Origin: Oculatellaceae cyanobacterium bins.114
GTDB lineage: Bacteria > Cyanobacteriota > Cyanobacteriia > Elainellales > Elainellaceae
DNA length: 12,514 nt
Direction of reading: 5' to 3'
Assembly (NCBI GenBank): GCA_033764315.1
Contig: JANRJA010000199.1
Coordinates: 1-12,514 of the forward strand
Shown here piece after piece: positions 1-7,273 of the stretch. A program made the translations under genes and the position numbers. Within the stretch, counting starts at the first letter, position 1. The number at the start of each line of letters is the position of its first letter. The notes under the pieces are model-generated. The model was not told the DNA's origin and searched no databases. It worked only from the letters and a program-made list of their open reading frames with translations.

Positions 1-754
1 TACTTTTAATTTCCTCACCCAAATCTAAAATTGTTTCTTGTGCGGATGTATCCTGCTTGATATTTTCGACCGTTTGCAAGACTCAACTATTACTTGATTT
101 CCCAATTAGAATCCAGTCTCCAACTCTGATATTGAGATTTATTCCACGTAAGCGAACCTGAAAAATCGTTTCAGAAAGCTCAATCGGTTTTCTTAACCGA
201 GGTCGTATAGCATTCCATTCAGGACGTGCTTCAATCTTCTCGATCGTCTCAAAGGTTTGGGCTTGTTCTCCGGCTGCTGGAACACTTTGGACTTTAGTGC
301 CAATATCCAAAGGAACCCGCTGAGGAGAACCGGGCGTGTCTTCCAGCGTAAATGCCAGCAGTGTTGAAGCAGCGACTCCTGGACGCAGCTCGTAGCCAAT
401 TAAGCGAGCAAGGTGACGAATTGAAAGTGGTTCTGTTGCGGTTCGTAAATATGACTCATTGACGATTCGTTCTTGATAGAACGTGAGTACATCAGCAACG
501 GTTGCCCATGCATCTAGAAGGGCGATCGCAAAATCATCATTCTCACGACTGGTGAGTTGGCGCAACGCAGCTAGAGTAGGGCTTGAAAGATTAGCTAACA
601 GCGATGATTTAAACTGAGCATGGGTTCCCACTCGATAAGCGATCGCCGATAAACCCGGACGATTTTGTACGAGTGTAGGAGTTTGAAAACTGATACCTTC
701 ACAACATTTGCAATCATTCAGGTTGAGGAGTTCTGGATCAACAAATTCCTGCAT
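1..754 (-). pseudogene. Second eCIS baseplate (baseplate J-like/wedge) gene, N-terminal part; interrupted by in-frame TGA at 83-85, frame continues open to the window edge
   Basis: ORF 83..754 has the typical N-terminus of eCIS baseplate proteins (CKCCEG, NRPGLSAIAYRVG, DFAIALLDAWATVADVLTFYQERIVNESYLRTATE, LARLIGYELRPGVAA). It stops after 223 aa, but the same frame reads on past the TGA as VLQTVENIKQDTSAQETILDLGEEIKS with no further stop. Homologs are normally much longer. Identity is confident; pseudogene versus sequencing error versus natural split is not resolved. Confidence 0.6.
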
Positions 755-755
755 C

Positions 756-3305
756 TCATCGTCCCCCTTCTGTAAGGATGCGAAATACGCCGCGGTCGGG
801 ATAGTTAGGATTGTTCTCTAGTTGAGCAATTTCTAGCCGTTCCAGTTCCAACTTGCCGTTTTCTAGTGCCAAGGAATCAGGTTTACCCTGTCGCTGGAAT
901 ACAGTGATTTTCGCGGATGCTACGCCATCTACCGCCTGAGCCGCTGCGTAAAGAGGACTGAGATAAACCGTTTGCCCAAATGAGAATTGGTCGGGATGAA
1001 ATATGCCACGTTGCCCGTTGGCGAGAATGCGATCGCTAAAAATTTCCAGTAACGCCTGTTTAACGGTGCTTGCAAAATAGCCTGGTTTAATGCATACCTG
1101 CATCTCTATTTCCAACGGCACATACACTGGGGCTTCAACCTTCAGGTCATGACCCATCATACGATAACGTTCTAAATATCGCTGCAATCTGGTCTTAAAC
1201 TCATTAAACTCATCATCTACCTCGGCTCTACCAAAGCGATCAACCGTAACAAAGACGGTGTACCAGCTTCCTGTCCAGCGTAAAGTTGCTGCTGCTCGTT
1301 GCACCCCAGGAAAGCGTTCTGCCCAGGCTGCGTAGTCCTCTGGCGTGACTGCTCGCTCTTGAGATCGAAAAGCACTGGGGGCACGCTGCCGCACTTCTTC
1401 AATGGTTTCAGGATTGGTTCCTCCTTGAGCTGGAAGAGGATTAGTAATGCTGAGTAGATCAGTTTCAGTCAAAGCAGAGTTGGCACTGACAAGATGAGCG
1501 ATCGCATTTGCACCGACATTGCCAATCGTGCCATTTCCAATGCGGTAGGTTGCCACAAACTGCATTCCTGACTCAGGACGGCGACCATGAACATCATCCC
1601 CAAATCGCAGAAATGTGGTTCCATCTGTTTCTGTTTCTGGAATAAAGACAGTTTGGTTGCTGCCAATATCTGCGCCTAGCAAGCTACGAATGGGAAACCA
1701 ACTCAAGCTTTCACCATCGAGTGTGCTGTCTAGTTTAATCGCACCCTGAGCTGCATCAGGTATTTGTTGCATTGCCGCTGTTGTAGATGTAACAGAAGTG
1801 AAAGGTACAGCGTAAGTGAGCGATCGTTTCTGCAACTGAGGACGAAACCGAGGCGGGATAGGAATTGGAGTGGTTGAGTCACAGTGACTTTTGGATGCGT
1901 TGGGAGAAACTTTGTGGAGGCTAATCGGCGGAAAGCGATCGCGATGCCCGTCCCGCAAACTCTCCCTCTCTTGGGTTAACCCGTGATCTGCCAGCACGAT
2001 ATTGCCTAACGCGATGCTCACGTTGGGAATCAGTTGACGGTTCCCCTCAGAATCCAACCTGACAGATGAAATGCAAAGCGGAAAGGGTAAAGCATCCTCT
2101 GCACTCCAGGTAATTTCCGTGAGTTTGAGAGGTTGGTTGTCGTTCGGATCTAAAACCACCGGGTCGGTACGGAGTCTTACAGCAGTAAGGCAGACGGCAT
2201 GACGATGGGCAGGGTTAGCATCCGCTAGTACTCCGGTTTCTGGTCCTAAAACTTCCTGAAAAATGAGTACCATTCCCGATCGCAGATTTGGGTAATTGCC
2301 CTTTAAAGTGGCACGAGTCGCTCCTTTGGGCAGGCAGCAGCGATCACTGCTCCAGGTATAGAAGTGAAGGATGTTGTGTTCCTTGTAAAGCGTGATGTCG
2401 TGTAAAGGTTCAAACCCAATGCAAGGGTAATTACTGATAACCTGTTGCAACCGTTCAGGAGCAATTAATTTTTCGTTGGAAAAGCGGGTTAAAAAACGAG
2501 TTCGAATTTTTGTTGTGGAACTGTATCGAGGCAGTTCAATTTTTGTGGAATTAACCTGAATTTGAATCCACACTCGCGCATTGCAACCATCGTGCATGAA
2601 GTAATCGACCAAGCGAGCATGACGACGGATTGAGGTGCGACGACGAGCCGTACCCAGATACGCTTCAGTGGTGATCGAATCTTGCTGGTAGCTCAAATAA
2701 TCTCCCACATAAGCCAACAGTTCTACCAGAGCAATTCCTAAATCAGCCGGGTTTCGTTCCTGCCACTGCGGTATCAACAACGCCATGCGATCGAGCATTA
2801 ATTGGCGGAAACTGGCGTAGTCTTTTGACAAGTAGTTGATATCAGGTTGTTCTACGGTGTCTGTTGGATAAGTGCGAGGAGTTCGGCAGTCAAAGTCACT
2901 GGGACATTCAACTTTAAACGAGAAATTGATAGCTGAAAGGGCTGGATCAATCCAAGCTGGTGGGTCAGCATCCGCTTTACTAGTGATGAAACGAAACGTG
3001 TAGGTAGAAAAATCTCCCCACCGATCAACTCGAACCCGGACTACGGTTGAGTCTGAAAATGTAACGAGTGGAGCAATCACATCAATATTGCGGATGCGAT
3101 CGCCCCCTTCAATCCGAATATTTTCTTGAGTTAGAACCACTGTCCCTAAAGGTTTGAGCAGATGCACAAGCAGGATCTGCTGTTGTAGCTTTTTGCCATC
3201 TTCTACAGGCGCATCTGCATCAAGTACTTCCAAGTAATCAATCCCGTTCAGGGAGCTTTCCTTGGTTAGCGATTGTCGCCTGTCATCACAGCAAAAGTAC
3301 AGCAT
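756..3305 (-). CDS. eCIS baseplate wedge protein (baseplate J/gp6-like; Afp11/Pvc11-like), 849 aa
   Basis: Motifs INYLSKDYASFRQLMLDR, WQERNPADLGIALVELLAYVGDYLSYQQD, TEAYLGTARRRTSIRRHARLVDY, LRFGDDVHGRRP, YRIGNGTIGNVGA, NPLPAQGG...ERAVTPEDY. Lies directly downstream of gp25. Confidence 0.9.
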   Translation of the reverse strand: MLYFCCDDRRQSLTKESSLNGIDYLEVLDADAPVEDGKKLQQQILLVHLLKPLGTVVLTQENIRIEGGDRIRNIDVIAPLVTFSDSTVVRVRVDRWGDFSTYTFRFITSKADADPPAWIDPALSAINFSFKVECPSDFDCRTPRTYPTDTVEQPDINYLSKDYASFRQLMLDRMALLIPQWQERNPADLGIALVELLAYVGDYLSYQQDSITTEAYLGTARRRTSIRRHARLVDYFMHDGCNARVWIQIQVNSTKIELPRYSSTTKIRTRFLTRFSNEKLIAPERLQQVISNYPCIGFEPLHDITLYKEHNILHFYTWSSDRCCLPKGATRATLKGNYPNLRSGMVLIFQEVLGPETGVLADANPAHRHAVCLTAVRLRTDPVVLDPNDNQPLKLTEITWSAEDALPFPLCISSVRLDSEGNRQLIPNVSIALGNIVLADHGLTQERESLRDGHRDRFPPISLHKVSPNASKSHCDSTTPIPIPPRFRPQLQKRSLTYAVPFTSVTSTTAAMQQIPDAAQGAIKLDSTLDGESLSWFPIRSLLGADIGSNQTVFIPETETDGTTFLRFGDDVHGRRPESGMQFVATYRIGNGTIGNVGANAIAHLVSANSALTETDLLSITNPLPAQGGTNPETIEEVRQRAPSAFRSQERAVTPEDYAAWAERFPGVQRAAATLRWTGSWYTVFVTVDRFGRAEVDDEFNEFKTRLQRYLERYRMMGHDLKVEAPVYVPLEIEMQVCIKPGYFASTVKQALLEIFSDRILANGQRGIFHPDQFSFGQTVYLSPLYAAAQAVDGVASAKITVFQRQGKPDSLALENGKLELERLEIAQLENNPNYPDRGVFRILTEGGR

Positions 3306-3308
3306 CTT

Positions 3309-3671
3309 CTACACCTCTTGAGTGAACCTTGTGGCTTGGGCTTCCTGGGTGCGACGGATTACGTAATGAACAGTCACCTGAAGTTGGGTATTCCCGTTTG
3401 CCACTTCAATGGCTTGCACCTCAATCAAATCTCCTAACCACTGCTGTAAGGCAGCTTGTACCGTCACTTGAGTCGCTGCAACTAGCATGTCGCTATTGGG
3501 AGAAAAAACGAGTTGTAATAAGCCACTACCAAAGGTTGAACGATTAACTCGCTCACCAGGATTAGTGAACAATACTTGCTCAATTAAGTTCCGGATATGA
3601 TCATTCTCATCCGTTGAAGCAGTGTGCCCAACTTGATTGAAGTGAAAGGGAAAATCAAGCTGCATCATCAT
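3309..3671 (-). CDS. GPW/gp25-family baseplate/sheath-initiator protein (Afp9/Pvc9-like)
   Basis: Signature HIRNLIEQVLFTNPGERVNRSTFGSGL and size of about 120 aa. Three consecutive ATGs make the exact start uncertain (3671/3668/3665). Confidence 0.9.
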   Translation of the reverse strand: MMMQLDFPFHFNQVGHTASTDENDHIRNLIEQVLFTNPGERVNRSTFGSGLLQLVFSPNSDMLVAATQVTVQAALQQWLGDLIEVQAIEVANGNTQLQVTVHYVIRRTQEAQATRFTQEV

Positions 3672-3677
3672 TCAGTC

Positions 3678-4001
3678 CTATATTGCACTAACTCTGGTTT
3701 GCGTTGACATGACAAGCAATCGCGTACCAGTCGGAATGCAAGTTGCCTGACTATCGAGCAATAAAACTGGAACACCCATGGATGTGACTCGCGTTGCGGC
3801 TGTAACCCATTGGGCTGTAGTACAGGGTCCATTACCCGCCGAAGGTGGAGGAAGAGTACATCCAGCAACGGTGTATGGAACTGCTTGAGTCGTAATTGCT
3901 TGTCCACTAACCGTAACTCGAGGATTGGCTGAAGTCGGTTGAGCTTGTCCCTGATGTATACAGACAACTTGAGCACCTTTATGAAGAAGAAATCCCGGCA
4001 T
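3678..4001 (-). CDS. PAAR-like spike-tip protein (DUF4280-like)
   Basis: 107 aa with GAQVVCIH, VTVSGQ, VAGC, GPC..AQW, GVPVLL..SQATC pattern; Cys/His residues suitable for metal binding; located between the spike gene and gp25. Confidence 0.8.
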   Translation of the reverse strand: MPGFLLHKGAQVVCIHQGQAQPTSANPRVTVSGQAITTQAVPYTVAGCTLPPPSAGNGPCTTAQWVTAATRVTSMGVPVLLLDSQATCIPTGTRLLVMSTQTRVSAI

Positions 4002-4015
4002 ACTTTTCTCCCAAA

Positions 4016-4588
4016 TTAAGTGACTTTCAATGCCCCGTTATTGATATCGGTTATACCTTGAACGTCGATCGCAGCACCCTTCAGCGTGATTTTTGGAGCT
4101 GTAATAGTTATTCCAGTTGCATCTACTGTGATCGAGCTAACACTACTCATTAACATGACTCCGGGCGCTTTCATAGGAGGAATTGCCACATCGCTTACCA
4201 CAACCGCACTTTGTGTTGCTGTTTGAATGACTACAACTGGAGTTCCCGGAGTTGTTGATGTAGAGCCGATCGATGGAAGCTCTGGAGTTTCTCCCCACCA
4301 ACAGCCTACCCAAATTGGGTAATCTGGGTCGCCTTGCTCAAACTCAATCCAGACGCCTGCACCAATGGGTGGAACAACATACATTCCCATTTGTAGCCCT
4401 GCCCAGGGAACACAGGGCATTGCCCAACTCATTACAGTCATTGAGATATCCGGTACAATAACCTGAAGCCGCCCAATTCTTTTTGGATCGATGTTGTTTA
4501 CGACTGTTCCCCGATATTTGCCATAAAACTTTTCGATCTGATCGGTTGCGCTATCTGAAAACATTTCATCCATGTCTAAGTGCCTCAT
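4016..4588 (-). CDS. Spike protein, gp5 OB-fold / baseplate assembly protein V (C-terminal half of a split VgrG/Afp8)
   Basis: KFYGKYRGTVVNNIDPKRIGRLQVIVP...WAMPCVP...PPIGAGVWIEFEQGDPDYPIWVGCWW, followed by a short beta-strand-rich tail (SITVDATGITITAPKITLKGAAIDVQG). ATGA overlap with the upstream gene at 4585-4588; a later Met could be the true start. Confidence 0.9.
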   Translation of the reverse strand: MRHLDMDEMFSDSATDQIEKFYGKYRGTVVNNIDPKRIGRLQVIVPDISMTVMSWAMPCVPWAGLQMGMYVVPPIGAGVWIEFEQGDPDYPIWVGCWWGETPELPSIGSTSTTPGTPVVVIQTATQSAVVVSDVAIPPMKAPGVMLMSSVSSITVDATGITITAPKITLKGAAIDVQGITDINNGALKVT

Positions 4589-5712
4589 ACAGGAATCTTG
4601 GGGAGAGTAGAAACTAGACCATTGCGGCTAAGAGTAAAGTCTTGTTTGTATTCGCCGCGTTTAATTCTGTGAGTGACACTTTTGACATAGTAAAGACCAT
4701 CAAACGCCAAGCCTGCACCCCGTACTCCAACCAGTTGCCGCGCCTTGAGAATCTGTCCATACCTTGTTACATCAAGGGAACCAAAGGCGGAGACGGCTTC
4801 TGCTGATTGAGCAGCTTTTGCAAGCCCCACCGCAATGGCTTGCACAGGAGAATACTTTGCTAATCCTCGAATGGGCTTTAGAGTTTTGGGAATTGGGGGA
4901 ATCAACCCTAAAGGTGGATTTAGTGGTGTGATACTGGGTACAGGAATTGAAATGGGAAATTTTGTTGTTTTTTCCAGAATATTAATGACGGGTAACTCAC
5001 GTTTACTATTGTCGAAATTAAAACTCAACGAATCGACATTGGTGTGAATATCCATATCGATATTCAGCGCAGGTTGGGGTGTGCCGACTTTGATCTCTGG
5101 TCCCCAATAGGCGGTGCTTTCCCCTGGTTTAGGCCCCGGTATCAGGTAGAAAACGTATCCTACTTTGTTGGCTAAATATTGAATGTATTTGAGATCGGTT
5201 GAGCGATGAGTCGGAATACGATCGCTTGGAATTGGCACGTCTAGAAAGACACTTGGCACAATTTGGGGTACAATTCCCAGCACTGCGTACTTTGCTAAAA
5301 TCAGTGCCACTCGCCCTTCCGCTGGCGTTGCAGGATATGGAATGCCACTGGCATTGAGGTAATCCATGACGCGGGTTAGGTCTTCGCCAGTGATTGTCAG
5401 GATAGAGTGTTGAGCATCTTTTCCAGGTTTAATTTCATGGTTAGTTACGACTCCATCCATTAATACTTCAGGTGTCCCGTTAGCTGTGACAACAAGAATA
5501 ACGCGCAATACTGGAATAGGACTGCCTCCCGATAGCAGGAAAATAGTTTGTAGAGGCGATCGATTGCTGAGCGTAAAAGTAAGTTGAAAGCCACTAGTTT
5601 TACCACTGGCGATCGTGACAGTGACATCAGTAAGAGCATCCAATACTACCTGAGGTACGGGAGTTGGCACTGTCGGACCAACCATCAATGTCAGGTAAAC
5701 GCCTTTAAGCAA
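4585..5712 (-). CDS. Baseplate hub protein (gp27/late control D-like; N-terminal half of a split VgrG), about 375 aa
   Basis: Motifs VLMDGVVTNHEI, LTITGEDLTRVMD, TDLKYIQYLANKVGYVFY, GSLDVTRYGQILKARQLVGVRGAGLAFDGLYYVKSVTHRI. Start moved from 5763 to TTG at 5712 (MLKGVYLTLMVGP), which has AGGAG 6 nt upstream and overlaps the LysM gene stop. Confidence 0.8.
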   Translation of the reverse strand: MLKGVYLTLMVGPTVPTPVPQVVLDALTDVTVTIASGKTSGFQLTFTLSNRSPLQTIFLLSGGSPIPVLRVILVVTANGTPEVLMDGVVTNHEIKPGKDAQHSILTITGEDLTRVMDYLNASGIPYPATPAEGRVALILAKYAVLGIVPQIVPSVFLDVPIPSDRIPTHRSTDLKYIQYLANKVGYVFYLIPGPKPGESTAYWGPEIKVGTPQPALNIDMDIHTNVDSLSFNFDNSKRELPVINILEKTTKFPISIPVPSITPLNPPLGLIPPIPKTLKPIRGLAKYSPVQAIAVGLAKAAQSAEAVSAFGSLDVTRYGQILKARQLVGVRGAGLAFDGLYYVKSVTHRIKRGEYKQDFTLSRNGLVSTLPKIPV

Positions 5713-6019
5713 AGGAAACTCCTGGAATGCCTTCAGGAAGAGTGATACGTAAACGGCGACCAATCGTTTCCGTCAGTTCTTCAGGACGCAGAGCAACATT
5801 GGCATCGGCAATGCGCCAAAACTGTTCAGGATCGCCTAGATACTGAGCAGCAAGATTATCAAGGCGATCACCCTCGACAACACTGTGTTCCACAAGTAGG
5901 GAAAATCGCTCTGGTGGTGGAACAAAACGTCGCCGCAGGTATGCCGTCTCGCGTCCGTTTTGAGTGATGAGCGCAGTGTTAATTCCGTAATAGCGACTGG
6001 TGACTGGAAAATCTGTCAT
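5705..6019 (-). CDS. LysM-domain baseplate protein (tail X/gp53-like), about 104 aa
   Basis: HSVVEGDRLDNLAAQYLGDPEQFWRIADAN...GRRLRITLP is a LysM-like signature. Start moved to ATG 6019 (MTDFPVTSRYY), preceded by GGAGG 8 nt upstream. Confidence 0.85.
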   Translation of the reverse strand: MTDFPVTSRYYGINTALITQNGRETAYLRRRFVPPPERFSLLVEHSVVEGDRLDNLAAQYLGDPEQFWRIADANVALRPEELTETIGRRLRITLPEGIPGVSFA

Positions 6020-6023
6020 TAGA

Positions 6024-6683
6024 CTAACCTCCAATACCAAAGGCGCTTAAGGGATTTAATGTAACACCTCGATGTCCCGCTGCCGCCTTCTCCTTCTGTT
6101 GTAGATAGGTCATGAACAGGCTGCCTCCTTTGGTGTTAAATCCCAAGTCATTAACGCTAAATACTCGCATTCCTAAACTGATTTTTGCCCGGATAGGATT
6201 GAGGAGAGGATCAAATGCTTCTTCAGTGATACTGAGATCGGTTAGCCGGACAGGTAGAACCCGCTGTCGGTTCCAAACAAATAGCGTCAGCGGAGCGATC
6301 ATTGGCAGAATCTCTAGCGTGCCCTTCTGGGCTAAGTAATCATTGAATCGCAGTTGACCGCTGCTGGGGTAAATGAGCGCCTCCAGGGTTGCCAAATAGG
6401 GATAGATGCCCTGTTCAAAACCATTTGGGCTTCGCAACGAACTGTCTATCTGATCAGCAATATCCACTTCGGCATCCAGCTTGATGGTCTCAACTGGAGG
6501 TGCTTTAAGACGCAATGCTTCAGCCCGATTGCCACTCTCATTACTAGTTCCCTGAATTTGAAATGAACGACTCAAGGTATCGGGATTGTATTGCAGGTTG
6601 ATGACTGGATTGACCCTTAAAGTTTCAGGATCAAGCAGGACAATGCCACCTTTAAGCAGACGAGGGGAACCAGGAAACGACAT
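6024..6683 (-). CDS. CIS tube-initiator-like protein (Afp7/Pvc7 N-terminal-like), 219 aa
   Basis: Motifs LQYNPDTLSRS, PLTLFVWNRQRVLPVRLTDLSITEEAFDPLLNPIRAKISLGMRV; immediately upstream of the LysM gene and hub/spike genes. Confidence 0.75.
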   Translation of the reverse strand: MSFPGSPRLLKGGIVLLDPETLRVNPVINLQYNPDTLSRSFQIQGTSNESGNRAEALRLKAPPVETIKLDAEVDIADQIDSSLRSPNGFEQGIYPYLATLEALIYPSSGQLRFNDYLAQKGTLEILPMIAPLTLFVWNRQRVLPVRLTDLSITEEAFDPLLNPIRAKISLGMRVFSVNDLGFNTKGGSLFMTYLQQKEKAAAGHRGVTLNPLSAFGIGG

Positions 6684-6905
6684 AGGGTAACGTTCCTAGA
6701 CAATAATTGTTCTTGATTCTTCAAACAATATCTTGTTGTTCAAACAACCGCTTTAATCATTAATAGATCGCACCAATCTGTAATGCTACTTCACTAATCC
6801 TGTTCGCCTTTAAAGTGAATATTCAAAACTTTACAAAGTACTGGCATTAGGACGGTAGAGGTTCCTTACATTGCTAAGCCTCTCAACTTTAAGGGGTTCC
6901 TTAGA

Positions 6906-7133
6906 ATGGGCATAAGAAATTATCAGAAACTTGTGGGTATTTGAGGAGGGATTGTAGCGATCGCGCTCCTGTTTCTTGCGATAGATAATTCCTTTCATGT
7001 ATACACTTTGCACAGTGAGGTTTACGACACCGCTGAAAATAGCAAACTACTTCCAAAACTAGATTTAGCTTTACTGGCTCAATATGCGATCGCTCCTGAC
7101 CCATTGAAGGCCGCGATCGCTTTTCATGATTAG
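6906..7133 (+). pseudogene. Possible degraded small membrane-protein gene (not in the ORF track)
   Basis: ATG 6906, preceded by AAGGGG at 6891-6896, reads MGIRNYQKLVGI*GGIVAIALLFLAIDNSFHVYTLHSEVYDTAENSKLLPKLDLALLAQYAIAPDPLKAAIAFHD* with TGA at 6942-6944. All three HIP1 sites in the gap (6957, 7086, 7113) fall in this frame as Ala-Ile-Ala. Confidence 0.35.
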
Positions 7134-7273
7134 GATTAGAAGGCACTACGAGATTATTACTTTATTTTTGTAATCATACCTCATTGCCTTGTATTTGCTT
7201 TGGTTTTCCTGCAAAGATCCGTCAAGGAGCTAATGGCGATTCTAGTACAATTCACAGATCCGAGTTTTGGGAG

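Noticed and set aside
83-85. TGA recoded as Trp or Sec (alternative genetic code)
   Set aside because: TGA is used as a normal stop in several genes here (756, 4585, 9781, 12026), three of them in ATGA overlaps, and TGG is used for Trp throughout.
2499-2550. Short imperfect repeat in the baseplate gene (STKIEL / STTKIRT)
   Set aside because: Two degenerate copies under 25 bp in a probable loop; no evidence of function.
5713-5763. ORF-track start of the hub gene at 5763 (and of the LysM gene at 6040)
   Set aside because: These produce long overlaps with upstream genes; TTG 5712 and ATG 6019 have good Shine-Dalgarno sequences.
6831-7146. Minus-strand ORFs 6901..7146 (81 aa, Cys-rich) and 6831..7013 (60 aa) as immunity genes
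   Set aside because: They overlap each other, have weak starts, are not coupled to the effector stop, and resemble no family I recognise; the plus-strand frame explains the HIP1 phasing better. Not strictly excluded.
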